A DNA stretch of 64,000 bases from Nymphaea colorata. Lineage: Eukaryota. Below the pieces are notes generated by a model, which worked only from the letters and a program-made list of their open reading frames with translations, had not been told where the DNA came from and did not search any database. Location of the stretch: assembly GCF_008831285.2 (NCBI RefSeq), contig NC_045138.2, forward strand, positions 18,476,001 to 18,540,000, read 5' to 3'. Below, one piece after another: positions 38,191 to 52,544 of the stretch. Within the stretch, counting starts at the first letter, position 1. Each line of letters opens with the position of its first letter. The position numbers and the translations under genes were made by a program.

Positions 38191-39304
38191 ACAAATGGCA
38201 AGAGGAGGTACTCATTTTTTTAGAGAGGCTTCAGCATTGAAAGTCAAGGTTCTGTTGCAGTTTAGGATGCACAATCAAGATTTCAAATGCAGCAAATGAA
38301 TCAACATCGGCCCCATTCATTTTAGTACTGTTACGTAGAGGATGCCACTTGCAGTCATATGAACTACTTTCATACCATGCTAGAAAGATTCACATCTGTG
38401 ACATCTATTAATCTTGTGATTCCAATCTACCCGTGTTTTTTGTTCCGAAGATCTTACCATTTCCGAAGGAACTAGTGCTTCGGAATCCACAAACTCTCCT
38501 GACTGATAGTCAGAATTTCTTCGAATGTGTACTTGAAATGAGTATAACTGCACAGCATATGATACACGTTACTCGAATCAAGTAGTGTACAATGTTTGGT
38601 TTACTGCAAAACCTCACCATCAACAACACACTGGCAGGCCTTAGCTTTATACGTCCTTGTGGTTCCAGACCTCGGGCTTGGATTATCTAAAATACATAAG
38701 AGGTCAGTTTTGAATCGAGCAACATAAATGGAGGACATATAACAGCATGAAAACCATACACAAGTCCATTCACACAAATGCTTATCTATCATGCCATTTA
38801 AACTAGGAGCGTGGAATTCTGGAATCGGGTTGGATCCATCCTTTACTGAACTTGACATGCTTCGGTTCTATATAATCATAATTGGAATCAGACTCATCTC
38901 CGGACCCTATCCTATTTTTTATGTTGTTCACTCCGATAACTGATTTATTGACATCCCTACAAACAAAGCCTTGGTATCTTTGGACTTGGATAACACTTGT
39001 TGTTTGTATTTGAGTTACATCAAGTTGTACATTTCCTACAAAATCTACCGTTAGAAATATAAGCATTGGTAGATTGGAGATAAAATAGACTTTTTACTGT
39101 ACAAAAAGACAGAAACCTCAAAAATCATTTCCTACTCTTAATGACACTCTTAAGCATTCACCCATCGTTTTCTGGAAAATGTGATAATTGACTAAAATTT
39201 AAACCACTAGCTATCTCTTTCTCTTCTAAACCTAAAAAGATTGAGTTATTGACAAGGAAAGTACTCGGTCTTTGGGTTTTGGAATATGCAAGTCTTCTTT
39301 GGTT

Positions 39305-39707
39305 CATAGTCACAAATAACTTCTTGGAGTTTTAAACAGTTAGGTTTTCCAAGTATAATACGGCGAGTTTGAAAAAAAATGAAAAAAATGCAGTAATTTT
39401 TTAAAAATTTTAAAAAACTGAAAATAAGAAAAAATAAAATATGTGACAAACTAATAACACACACATCAAAACATAAGTGGATTTGCAACAAATAAAACAT
39501 AAAAAATGAAAAAAAAAACTGTATGACATTAAAAAACTGAAAAAATGAAAATACTGAAAAAAAGAGAAAAAAACACGTTAAAAACCCTTTTTTTTCGTTT
39601 TTAATGTTTTTTCTTAAAAAACATGTTTTTTTTTTGTTTTAAATGGTTAGTTAATTTATCACATTTTTTTGCACTTTCTCGAAAAAAACATGTTTTCTGT
39701 GACTATC
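39305..39707. mobile_element. ~400-bp MITE-like insertion with a related empty site
   Basis: Ends catagtcaca ... tgtgactatc. Its flanks gtcttctttggtt / gaaccttgtcgc are contiguous in the paralogous sequence at ~49747-49772 (gtcttctttgatttgaaccttgttgcc). Confidence 0.75.
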
Positions 39708-40426
39708 GAACCTTGTCGCATGTTTGACAAGGTAGGGCATGATTTCCTTTTCCTAGGAACAGAATACATTTTCAGGGCCTCTTTACACATAGAATAGCCA
39801 TCTTCATCAGTGACCACATTTTTATTAGAACGGAAGATTTTTCCACAGCGCTTTTTGTCATATTATAGTGAAGGAAGGAATAACCTCATTTTGTTAGAAG
39901 TCTTCTGATAAAACGAAATTATATTAAAAGTAAAAGTACTAACTTATTGGCTTGCAACAGAGGCCCATATCCTATTCTGTCCACTCAGAAGATTCTCATT
40001 TCATTTTAGTAATTCTTCTGCTGTAAGATATAAATAGTTGATGTCATGTAAGATATAAATAGTTGATGTCATGATAGAATCAATCGCAACCTTAGATTCT
40101 CCGGTTCAAATTGCTGTCATGTTTTTTAGTTAAGAGGCATCTAAGCTTAAATTTCAAACTTTAAGGGGTATATGTAAAAATAAGTAAACTGCATTTTTTT
40201 TTCTCGCTTTTGTCATTTTGGTGTTTTTTTTTAATTTAAACGACTAATTTATTTATCATGTTCTTTTGCAATGAAAAATTGTGTTGTTAGTGTATATACA
40301 ATGATTAGTAGATCATACCAGATCACTTGGGTAACAGACAAAAATTTGACCTCTTAAATTGATGTTAAAAAGTGTTTTAAGTAAAATATAAACTTTTTGA
40401 CTTGTTTATAAATATTAGTTTAATAT

Positions 40427-41635
40427 AAGTCATTTTTGTAAGAAGAAAAAAAAAAGCCTTTCTACTATCAAAATTTTGATGCTATAAAAGCCATTTATTT
40501 TTCATTATTAAAAAATGTTTTTAAAATTAAAGCACAACTAACTTAAGAAATGTTTCTCACCAAACCGCTCTTGAAATATCTATAAGGTTAGATTGTAAAA
40601 AATAATCAATTTTAATGGATGAGGTTTTTGTTTTACATTTTTACCAAATTTCGTGACACCATCTAAAGTGACAACTTTTACACCAAAAATAATACTCGTG
40701 CAATTCTTTTTCCTTAAAATTCAAAGGCTTGCGGTGGCTGTTGTGTCCATCTGAGTGAGAAAATCTAAATTTCCCAAAAAACTGGTTAAAACTCGATTTT
40801 GAAAAATGTAAGAGAAGGGTAACCTTTCTTTTTCCGCCCTCATACTGGTGGCCAGTTTCTTTGGCTATTTAGCCATTTGCAATTAGGTGCTCATCACGCT
40901 CGTCTGGCCATTTTCCGGTCAGTTGTCAGCTAAAAAATGGCCGGAAAAAGATTTATACAGCTTTCATTCTCATTTTGTCAAAGCGTCTGCCATAACTGCC
41001 CGAAAAATTGGAAAATCAACGTCGCATGACATAGGGAAGCTCGGGGACATAGGCGAGCTCAACTGCACTTTTCTTATTCAGCAGCAAATAAGTGGCAGGA
41101 AAATAGTTGTTACATAGAGTATCATCATGCTGGTATTATCTTAAGCTCTCTAGATGGAAAAAAAAAAAAAAGGAAAAATTACCATTAGACGAAGGTCTAA
41201 CTGCTTAAAAACATGAAAGATATGGCATCGGGGTTCTTATTTTTTAAAGACGTCTAACAACAAAAAATAAAGTTGCTTCACAATGAATGATAGACTACTA
41301 TATTTCCCAGGAGGACTACTAATGCAAGACGGATTGAGATTATCGATTCCTAATCCGGCCACACTCACGACTAAGCTAAATCTACACTTAAAACTAACTA
41401 AAACTCAAGCAAAGGATAAACGAACAAGAAGAACAGAGGCAAACTAACAAACAAAGTACCTAGATCCAGCCACGTAGTCTCACCGGGTTGGAGAAGAGTC
41501 GTCTTCTACAAATTTTAAGTCTCTTAATATGTCAAAATGAGTCTTCATCCTACAAGGTTTGGATCTGTTCAGAAAAGAGCTCATAATGCTGCTGCTACTT
41601 ATGCTTGGGTGGCAGACCGCCCACCATCTCCCTGC
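40427..41635 (+). repeat. ~1.2-kb direct duplication (copy 1; copy 2 at ~45357-46482)
   Basis: Colinear from aagtcatttttgta...gcctttctacta to gcccaccatctccctgc in both copies. Confidence 0.9.
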
Positions 41636-41990
41636 GGACGATCTCTTTGGTGGAGGTTTTGCATGAGGAACGTGAGTTTGGAAGCATTCCAAAAAAGGCC
41701 GCGTAACTAGATTCGGACTTCTACGATGGAAGAAACTGGTTTGGATTCAGATTTAAACCGATTAACCTGGATATCGGGAGATACGAGCTCCAAGGAGATA
41801 CGAGCCCTAATGGAGCCCAAAACCCAGTTTGGCGTGAACCGGTCCCATAAGGGACCCGCCTAGCTCGAGATGCTGCTGGAGTTTCCCCCCTTCCAGGAAG
41901 AAGGGGCAAAACCAGAGGGCGAGGGTCGAAGATGTGGAAGCTCCAAAATGTGATGAGAGTGGCAGCCATTAACATCACAATCAACTAAAC
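41240..41990 (-). mobile_element. Possible degenerate LINE 3' end
   Basis: Minus strand reads VAAAL*ALFLNRSK (the stop could be a mutated Trp), resembling the plant L1 ORF2 C-terminal motif, followed by a T-rich UTR-like tract. Weak. Confidence 0.35.
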
Positions 41991-42727
41991 TAGGGAGAGA
42001 TCGTAGATGGGGTAAGGCTAAGGCTGATTCAGGTGGAGGCAGGGGTTTTTCTAGGGTCGGGCCAAGACGATTTGCGGGTCAGGTCACGGTCGGGCCAAAA
42101 GGAGCGACGATTAGCGACCGGTCGAGCCAAACTAAAAAAGTTGATTTTTTCAATGTAAAAAAAAAAATTTCTGGGCTCACCCAGGCCATAGCCTGGGCGG
42201 CCCCCCTCCCTCCGCCCCTTGTTACCATTAACAGGTTACCATTGGTTCACCCAGATAATAAAAGTGATATTAATTGGTCGTCGGAAAAAAAAAATACCAC
42301 CGAGATCTAGCTACATCGACCAATTAATATCATTTTTTTTCCAACTACATCGACGGAAAAAAACATACGATTTTATATAGGTATATGCAATTATTTTAAA
42401 ATTTCAGGGGGCATTTAGGAATTCCAGAGTTTCGTGGCGCATAAAAAATTTTCAAGAAGCCTTATTCGATATGTTTGTCTTATACCAATTAATATCATTT
42501 TTTTTTCAACTACATCGACGATGGCTCTCGACCTAGGCTGTAGCTTGTGCATGAAAATGGAAATACCAACCTTGCAGTTTTATGTCGGTGAACAGTACAA
42601 CCAAGAGAGGGTTACACTTACATCTGCGGAGAGACTACCATAGTTGGAGAGCCCAAAATGGAAGGGAAGAGACGCGCAGGTAATAAAGTGGAACACCCAG
42701 GTCATGCCAAGGCATTTGACGAGAGGG

Positions 42728-42865
42728 CGCATTTTGGGAAAGGCAGGAATCGTGACCAATAATCTGGGGAGCGACGACGCGGCTGCCAACATCTTCTACA
42801 AGCTTGGCACAGATGCCAACATCTTCAACAAGCTCGGCGTGCTAGAGATTATGCATCCGTTCCCC
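42728..42865 (+). pseudogene. DUF247 exon-2 fragment
   Basis: RILGKAGIVTNNLGSDDAAANIFYKLGTDANIFNKLGVL, nearly identical at DNA level to ~55808-55893, with an internal ~30-bp duplication. Confidence 0.85.
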
Positions 42866-43449
42866 CATTACATCTTTAAATAAAGCTAAAGCCCGGTTCA
42901 TTTAATCGTGTGGACGCTCCATTTTCAGTCACAATTCATCTGAAGTTCTGTATAAGTAGTAACTTACAGAAAATAATAAAATAAATTTTCAAACAGTTCT
43001 TATGCTCCATGCCTAAATACATAAGGATTATGAATGATTCGGACAGGTGTCAGATCCGAGCTCTGAAACAAAGGTTCCTGATATAATCAAATCTGAGCTC
43101 CAAAACAAAGCTTTTTGAATTTGATCAGGGCACGATTCTATGTACTTAGTTCAGAATTTGATCCATTTTGCACTCCTCTTTTGCCTCCCTCTATCCATGG
43201 TGGGGCTGTTCTCATGCATTTAACGTCCTTTGTGTGGATGTCCTTGACTATTGATTTGTGCTTTAAAAAAAAAAAAAATTTTGGGACAATCCAACTTTTT
43301 ATTAGGACCATGATCTTTCACTGGGACCGGTTCATGTTTGTTTTAGCTTCATGTCCAAAGGTAAAATTTACTACTCCAAAATCAATTTTTCAGACGTTCT
43401 TCAACATTTTAAACGTGCAAATGTCATTCTCACAGTTTGAACCCGTTCT

Positions 43450-44240
43450 TCCTTTGCTAAAAAAAATCCTCAACCTTGACCCTCCTCCTCCTCCTCCTCA
43501 GCCCTTCATCCCCCTTCATCCTCTCCCTCAACACTGTCACCAGCAGCCGGCTTGTTATCTTCTACGACATCTCAAACCTACAGATAGGATAAGTGTTGTG
43601 CTTTTTCAACCACTTATTATGTAGTCGTCGTGGTACTTATGCCTGCAGAGTGTCTCTCTCGCCTGCGCCAAACCCCTCCAAGCACACAACGCACCGAGCC
43701 CCCTCATCCTTCATCACCACGCTTGCCGATGGCATACACACTCTCTATGGTGACACCAATTAAAAAATTAGACATTCTAATGTATACTTCGACTTGAGAT
43801 GATCCAGTTAATAAATATCAATAAACAATTTATCACTTATACGGATTTCATCTTCACTTGCAAAAAAGCATTTGACAGGGAATCGAATCACTAATGGTTG
43901 ATGTTGACAAATCCAGATATCCTACTAAAACTGCTAAAAAGAAAAAGTGGATATGTAAAAAAAAAAATTATTTGGGCTTTAACAATGACACACATTATAT
44001 ATGATTATTATAGAATCCCGATACGATAAAGAATATATCTAATCCAAATACGATGAAATCTTCGGATGACAGTAATATCGAATCAGAAAAAAAAAAAAAA
44101 AGAACACCAGTATCAAGGACTTAACTCGGAAAAAATTAAAAATACCACAGAGAAAACAAAAATCATCAACCAGGAAAAGAAAAAGGAACAGCGGACGTTC
44201 TCTCTCCTCCATTGATCGTTCCCCATCGTCTAGCTTAATT
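43450..44240 (-). pseudogene. Dispersed duplicated segment (copy 3, inverted) with a near full-length but frameshifted RING-H2 fragment at ~43530-43735
   Basis: Minus strand reads ASVVMKDEGARCVVCLEG...ARETLCRHKYHDDYII..., disrupted. The upstream part matches 27236-27710 and 15670-16070. Confidence 0.75.
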
Positions 44241-45356
44241 GGCTCCCTCCTGCGTTTCGAGTCGGAAACTTCATGACTTCTGCAGTCTTGAAGTTTGCAA
44301 ATGAACGAACTTGTGAACAACTATAACATCATATTGTGTGCCGTTAGTAGACTGGCGTTCGCTCGAGATGTGACATAATCAGGACTCTATGGAAAAGTTT
44401 ACTAATGAGATACGGCCTAGGTTGAACGGTTCCTCATCTTCCCTCTGGCTGTTGGTAGCCGAACCCCCTTTTTTCCTGTGCTGTGAGTTACGTATGTATG
44501 TTGTATTTCAAAGTTTCAAGTATGTTCAGTTTGCCAAGGCAGTCTTTTTCTTTTCTTTAGTTGGTGAGCTGCCGTGAGTTATGCACGTACGTTGTATTTC
44601 AAAGCTTCAAGTACTTCTTTTCTTAGTGCAAACCTCACAAGTTAAATTGCAAAAGAATGGTGCTTTTATTTTGGTCCACTTCAAGTATTTCTTTTCCTAG
44701 AATCTGTCACCTGTGTTGTCCCTATTATAAAATTGATTTTAAATAATAAAATTTTAAATTTTAAAATAAAAAAATATTTTTTTAATATTGCCGGGCCCGA
44801 GTAAACCCCCGTCGGGCCGGCTCAGTGGGCCCCAACCCAGGCCGTTATGGGCCGGGGCCGGTTCATTGGGCCCGAACCTGAGCCAGTTAGGGGCCGGGTC
44901 TAGCCCATTTGTCTTGAAAGAAACTCGAACTCGGCTTGAGTTAGCTGAGATTTTATTAAAAAAAAAGTTATTTTTGAATGGAAGAGGCAAATATAAGCAA
45001 CCTTATTTTATTAAAAAAATTCTTCTTTTTTTTAATGTAACCTCTCTCTCTCCCTCTATCTAAATAATTTTTAAGCCGATTAGTTTTTATTCGGGATACC
45101 AAGTTTTTTTTAAGAGTTGTAGTGGAAGGAAGAAACCTATGTCACCTGGGTGCGGGTGTCGAAATGGTACATCTCAAAAAATTTAGGTGCGACGTTGTGA
45201 CAAAGGTATTTTATTATTATTATTATTATATATAACAGAATAAACATGTATATATTATTATTATTATAGTTTAGTTATTAATGTATATAACATACTTGAA
45301 TAATTGCATTGCATAAGAAAATATCAGAACAACAAGATATATTGTTCCATTAGTTC

Positions 45357-46482
45357 AAGTCATTTTTGTAAAAAAAAAAAGCCTTTCTACTATGAAAATT
45401 TTGATACAATAAATGCAATTTAATTTTTATTATTAAAAAATATTTTTAAAATTAAAAAACAACTAACTTAAGATTTGTTTCTCACCAAACCACTCTTGAA
45501 ATATCTATAAGGTTAGATTGTAAAAAATAACAATTAATTTTAGTGAATGTGGTTTTTGTTTGACATTTTTACCAAATTTCGTGACACGTTATGAAGTGAC
45601 AACTTTTACACCACAGGGACAACTAACCCAAAAATAATCTAAATCAAAATTTCTCAAAAAAATTGGTTAAAACTCAATGCTGAAAAATGCAAGAGAAGGT
45701 AACCTTTCCTTTTCCGCCCTTATACTGGTGGCCAGTTTCTTTTGCTATTTATTTAGCCATTTGCAATTAGGTGATCATCACGCTCGTCTGGCCATTTTCT
45801 GGCCAGCTATCAGCTAACAAATGGCCGGAAAATTTTTATAAAGCTTTCATTCTAATTTTGCCAATGTCTCCGCCATAACTGGCCGAAAAATTGAAAAATC
45901 AACGTCGCATGACGTAGGGAAGCTCGGGGACTGCACTTTGTTTTTAATCAGCGGCAAATAAGTGGCAGGAACATAGTTGTTACATAAAGTATCATCATGC
46001 TGCTATTATCATAGGAAGCTCTATAGATTAAAAAAAAAAAGGAGAAATTACCATAAGAAGAAGGTCTAATTGCTTAAAAACATGAAAGATATGGCATCGT
46101 GGTTCACAAAAAATAAAGTGGCTTCACAATGAATGATAGACTACTATATTTCCTAGGACTACTAATGCAAGACGGATTGAGATCAACGACTCCTAATCCA
46201 TCCACACCCACGACTAAGCTAAATCGACGCCTAAAACTAACTAAAACCCAAGCAAATGACTAAACAAGACAAGAAGAACAGAGGCAAACTAACAAACGAA
46301 TTACCTAGATCCAGTTATGCAGCCTACCCGGGGGTGGAGAAGAGTCGTCTTCAAGGAATTAAAAATCTTTTAATCTGTCAAAACGAGTCTTCATCCTAGA
46401 AGGTTTGGATCTGTTCAAGAAAAGAGTTCACAACGCTGCCGCTACTTATGATAGGGTGGCGGACTGCCCACCATCTCCCTGC
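45357..46482 (+). repeat. ~1.1-kb direct duplication (copy 2 of 40427-41635)
   Basis: Same colinear sequence as 40427-41635 with small indels. Confidence 0.9.
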
Positions 46483-47599
46483 CACAAATAGAGACCTTCA
46501 GAAACTCAGGTTACTGGGTAATTTCTTCGTAAGTGATAGGGTGGCGGACTGCCCACCATCTCCTGGCCATTTTCAGGTTATTGTTGGATTTGGATCACCA
46601 AGAAGGGATTGAGACCAACATTTGGGTTGCGTCATGTACCCAATGCAGATGCATCTTTAATTTCTAGATACATGTTTTAGTTCGGTCACCATTTATCGTT
46701 CTTTTATATCTCGCATATATGTTCTGAATCAAGATCCCAGGAGGGATTGGATAGTTTCGTGATCCTGGTTTAGATTTTCATCTAATAGTGCCATGATTTT
46801 CTATATAAATTTTTTTAAAAATAATATTTTAAACCTAGTCAAAATTTAAAAACTTTTATTTGGCCCACCTCACGAAAATTTTTTGGCTCCGCCCCTCCAC
46901 ATTATGGAACCGAATCGTGGATATGAATGCTTTGGCTTACATAACTTTCCACTTATAAGATGAAAAGAGATACGCTGCCACTGCAAAGGCAAAACTAATC
47001 CTGCTATATGAATACAAATAGTTGAGGCAGCCACACTTGAATGGGAGAGAGTAAAACCAGATTATGATAAGGAAGCCATGTTTTGCACATTAAGCCTCGT
47101 TTTCCCCTTGATTGGATGCCAAGATATGGTTTTGCAATAAATAAAAATAGGATTTAATAAGAAATAGCAACTACGTACAGTGCACTTATAATTGGCTGGA
47201 AAATGGTTGACCTCTCAAACTGCTATTCAATTTTCAGCCAATTACGACTGAAAGTTTTGAATAAATGAAAAAAAAATGCATACTGTATTCTAATTTGAAT
47301 TCCAAATTCATAATTTGAATCTGACCTGAATCAGATTTTCAGATTAACATCTGAATATGAAACCATATTACAATGAGTATAAGATGCATTTTTTCATAAC
47401 TACATCTGATCCAAATCTCAATTGACTCCAATCAATATTTACTTAAAACTGAATCTGATTCTTATCAATATTTATGTAAATCTGAATACGATTGGATGTC
47501 ATTTTTTATATCTAAATTTGATCTGAGTTCTTAGTCGGATGTCGAAATTCTCTCCATATACTATTTTTTTTTAATGTGGTTCGGTCAGATATCGAATCT

Positions 47600-49144
47600 A
47601 CTCTACAGGTTTCTCAGATTGAATTTCATGACATGTCAGATCCTTTGCCACCAGTAGTTGAAGAAAATGATGAAGCAAGGCCTACCATTTTGCGACAGTC
47701 CATTATCGGTTCGCCTCAACCTGTAACTCCATTACAGCACACTATCATTACTCGCAGCATGACTGAGATATTAAAACCTAATCCAAAATATGATAATCTT
47801 CATGATGTTGCAACATATGCTTCTACACCTAAGGAGCCGCACAACACTAAGGAGGCGTTGAACCACTGAGGTTGGAGGCTGCTATGCAGGAAGAAATATC
47901 CACCTTATATGAAAAGAACACTTGGGATCTAGTATCACATCAACCACAAATGAATGTGGTTGGATCAAGATGGGTATACAAGGCAAAACTGCAAATTGAT
48001 GGAACTCTTGAGCGATTGAAAGCTCGCTTTGTTGCATGTGGATTCTCTTAACTTGAGGGAGTTGATTTTGTCGCTCCTGTTGAACAAATTACACTATTTT
48101 TTAGGCATTGAAGTTCATCCTACCGATGAAGGACTTTTTCTTCGCAAACAAACTATGCCAAGGATTTGCTAGACCGAGCAAATATGTTTAATTGCAAGTC
48201 TGTCGTTACACCCATGGTGGAAAAAATCCAAGAAGCTTCTTATGAATCTTATTTCATAGAGGTTTGGTTTGTGTCTTACAATATTTGACCATAACAAGGC
48301 CCGAACTGTCCTTTAGTGTCAACTATGTGAGCCAACATATGCATAGTCTTGTGTTACAACGTTATGAAATGGTGAAGCATATCCTTCGATATATAAAAGT
48401 TACTCTTGATGTAAGTATGAGAATCATGACTCAAAGTTCTATAGATGTATATGCTTTTTGCCACGCTGATGGGCTGGTTGCCATGAGACAAGAAGGTCTA
48501 CTACAAGCTTTTGTACATTTCTTGAAAATAATTGTATTACTTGAGTACCAAGAAACAAAGTATAGTCTTTAGATCAAGTACGGAGGTTCAAGTACGGAGG
48601 TGGAGTACAGAGTCATGGCATCCACTGCCATAGAGTTAACTTGGATCTCTTTTGCCCTTAGAGAAAAAGCAGCAGAAGGATCTTTGATCACAAAATTTGT
48701 TCCCTCAAAACATCAACTTGCAGACATTTTTACAAAACCTTTAACAATGATTTAATTTCACGCCTTAAGGAGCAAACTAGGCCTCCTCAATCGACACAAT
48801 TTGATGGGGAGTAAAAACAAAGCTAGTGAAGATTGTGATAAGATGAAGAAAGCAAACCTTCATCTTGAGTTCTGCAAATTTGGGAAGAAGACAATAAGGA
48901 TAGAAATTGAAGGTTACAATGACATAAAGAAGGAAGACGTTATAAAAACCAACAAAAATTAGAATGAATACATGTGATCAGAAAGCTACTATAAATCCTT
49001 ATGTTATGAAAGGAAAGTTTAGATCGTGTACTCTGTGTTGTGGCTGAATAAAAATATTCTTTCCTTTTTCGTGGACATAGATTCACTTTGAACCAGACCA
49101 CATTATTTCTGGTGCCTCTTCTTTCCTTTTACTTTCCGTTTACA
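47600..49144 (+). mobile_element. Decayed Ty1/Copia retrotransposon: RT/RNase H remnants, PPT and 3' LTR
   Basis: NTWDLV, NVVGSRWVYKAK, DGTLERLKARFVA, LQYLTITRPELSFSVN, STEVEYRVMA, QLADIFTKPL, with stops, frameshifts and deletions. Purine tract gatggggag at ~48803-48811, then LTR-like sequence ending ...tttaca at 49144. Confidence 0.9.
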
Positions 49145-49618
49145 TCCTACTGTGTGTCAAAGCAGGATGTCCACTTATAAGCCATGGGACGGAGACAAAG
49201 ACCAAGCGAAGATTTTTTTGGCTGAGGAGCTCCTTGAGGAGAGCAAGTTGCGTGCACTGCTGGGTGCACACAACTTATATACAACAAAAGAAAAAATTGG
49301 ATATTTTGGTAATTATTGAAAAAGCATATTTTTAAATTTTTAATTTTTTCGGTTTCCCTTTTTATCCTACAAAAAGTTTTCATTTTATATTAAGCAGGAG
49401 TATTGTTATCATTAACCATAATCTGTGCACTAAAATTTCATACACTAGTATGGCATATTTTTTTAAGACTTAGCTCACACCAGCCACACTGTAGATGAAA
49501 TAAATTAAGCCGTGGAATTCAGGATTCCCATCGCACATAGTTTTCTGGAAAATGTGACACTTGATTAAATTTAAACCACTAGCCAACCTTTTCTGTTCTA
49601 AGCCTCAAAAGATCGAGT

Positions 49619-49650
<32 letters not shown>

Positions 49651-52544
49651 TATATTGTGATTTGCTTCGGATGGGGTTCAGTGAATTGCAATTGATAAGG
49701 AAAGTGACTGTCCTAGTCTCTGGGTTTTGGTATCATTTGCTCAAAGTCTTCTTTGATTTGAACCTTGTTGCCTGTTTGGCAAGGTAGGGCATGATTTCCT
49801 CTTCTTAGGAAAGGGACACAATCTCTACACACAAAGCCTTGATTTCTTGGGACTTGGATAACATTTGCTGTTTATATTTGAGTTATATACAGGTAAAAAT
49901 TTCCTTCAAAAGATATCGTTAGAAATATAAATATTGTTAGATTGGAGGTAATAAATAGACTTGGAGTAGAGGACAAAAGGAGGGAAATCTCAAATTGATA
50001 TCCAACCCTTAAGTATAGCCGAAATGCAGAACGTAGTGGAATTCAAGATTCCCATTACACATTGTTTTCTGGAAAATGTGACATTTGACTGAATTTAAAC
50101 CATTAGCTACTTTTCTTTTCTAATTTAAGCCCAAAAAGATGGAGCTATTGACAAGGACAGTGCATGAGTGTCCTGGTCTCTGGCTTTTGGCGTCATTTGC
50201 TCCAAATCTTGTTTGATTTGAACCCAGCATTCACTTTCAGCTATGGATGCTTCAGTGGTTGATGCGGGTTCCTCCTTCGATCAAAACTCACCATCTCCTG
50301 TTATTAAAAGACAGAGGTTCCCAAAGAAAGCCTTCAAAGGCGGTGGAACCCCTCAGAACAGAAAATGACTACCCATCACACCAACTCTTAAACGAGTTCG
50401 ATGGTAAACGAAGAAAAGAACAATCAATAGTTCTCTCTCAATGGGACTACAATCCCTACAAATGAGCACCTGTCCTTGACCACAACCAGAGAGAGCTCCT
50501 CAGCCTTTCACTTTTCTGGCTCTTATGAGGATTTGTCCCTCTCACAAAGGCGAAAAACAATTACGTATTACATATGCAGCGGCATTGGAAGAACCACTAA
50601 CAAGTGAAGGAAAAATAAAAGCGGTTGAATGTGGGCCAGATGTAGGTAAGTGGAGAGCACAGATCCAGATGGGACTAAGGTGGGTCCAGGTTGATCGAGA
50701 TCCAAACATCGCATTGTCATGTTGGATCTGAGTTGGTGGTGAGATGAGAAGCGTTGAGAGGTTCATGTGTGTTTGTGGGTTATAAAATCTACCAATATTT
50801 CAGAAAATAAGAAGCTCAAGATATATTGAAGCAACTGTTCTGCTGCCAATTGAAACACAACATTTTTTTTTGGGGGTCCTTTTGGCTTTCTTATATATAT
50901 AATATTACATTAAGTTAGGTTGAAAACGATGGCAGGAAAATCCTTGGTAAAATTTTTAACGAGAACTTATGAGGCGTATGATATTTTTCATGGATTTTAG
51001 ATCTCATGGCCTGAATTGATGTGGCACTCACTTCGGTTTTATGGTTCCAGCCGATTGCATATTTGACAACCATAAATTTCTGATCATTAATCTCTCGCAA
51101 ATTCATGAAAAGAAAAAGTGAAGGTGAGAAGAGTGTGACTTGAGATTGGCGGATTTTAAGACGCCCAAATTCATATGACGCGCACCTTCTCAAAATTGAT
51201 TTCGAGCTCCGGTTCCTTATATAAATCTTAAGAATCTAAAATCTTCAAACCTAAGATCTCTAGAACTTACGTCGCCTCAAATCTTAGGTCCAATTGGATC
51301 CAAATCTAGAGAGAGAGAGTAAATGTGAAAGAAGAAGACTTGGGGAAGCGTTCAAAGCCGGTGTAGGTGTATGCTGTGGGGCGGCAATGAAAAAAATTGC
51401 CAAGTTTTTTCTTGGCCTGGGCTACCGGCCGGGTACCTGTCGGTACCCGTACTTTGGCCTGACCTGACTGGACCCGATTTGACCCATTAACAATTTTAAA
51501 AATATTTTTTTATTTTATTAATTTAATAATATTGGATTTTATTATTAAAATAAATTTTATTTTATAAAAAAATTATTTTATAATTTACAAATTATTTTTT
51601 TATTATCAAACGGATCGGGCCAGGTTGGGCCCAAACCGAGACCCAAGATATCGGGCCTCCTGGGCTTTGGGCCGGGTCTGACCAGGCCAGCGCTGCCCGG
51701 CCCTATGCCCACCCCTAGTTTTTTCTTAAAATTTTCCTCACATAAAATCAAGTTTGTTAAAAAATATTCGAGAAAAGCCCTGCTAATACTTCCCCGATAA
51801 TAATATTCATGACAATGGTTTAAAAAAAAATCTTGAGAAAATCACACACTCTCTCTCTCTTGGTAATAGAGTTTAAAACTCATGTCTCCCCAATACATTA
51901 GAAGTTCCAAACGAGCAACAAAATTCGGGTGGGATAGAATTGGAAGATCTCAGTCCATACAATAATGGTGTGTCCACATTAGTGGATCCCTAAAATTAAT
52001 GCAATGAAAAGTCTGCAAGAGCAACTTAACGTCGAGCAAGCCCACCTTATCTCGGTCGCTTTCTCGGGTCCCAGCGGTCTTTTGGATCTACAGCGGTTGA
52101 TTAGAGCTTAATTGTTTAGAAGCCGAGTATATATGTCAAAAGTAACTACAGATCTAGTCATGTTCTGAAGCAAGAACGATGCCACGATGGATTGGATAGT
52201 CTCTTGATCCAGGTTTGGATTTGCATCTTGTAGTAAAACTTCATATTCAGGTTTGAAGCAAAGAGGAAGCAGCTTGTATTGCGATCTGTTTGCTGCCCTA
52301 TAGGATTGTAATGCACACGTTATTGAACCGAAATAGTGGATAACTGGATATGAACGACTTGGCTTAAATAATTCATCCGTGACCACATTTTTATTAGAAC
52401 GAAAGTTTTTTCCACAGCAGTCTTTCACATTTTCCTTTTCAGATCGAGAAAAGCCACAACAATGAGAATGAGAGAAGAAAGAGAAAAGCCATAGCAACTC
52501 CCGCAATCCTTCACTCCCCTTTCCCTCCCTCGGCATACAGGACG

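Noticed and set aside
50240..50780. LTR-like sequence starting tgatgcggg
   Set aside because: No second terminus, TSD, PBS or PPT could be established.
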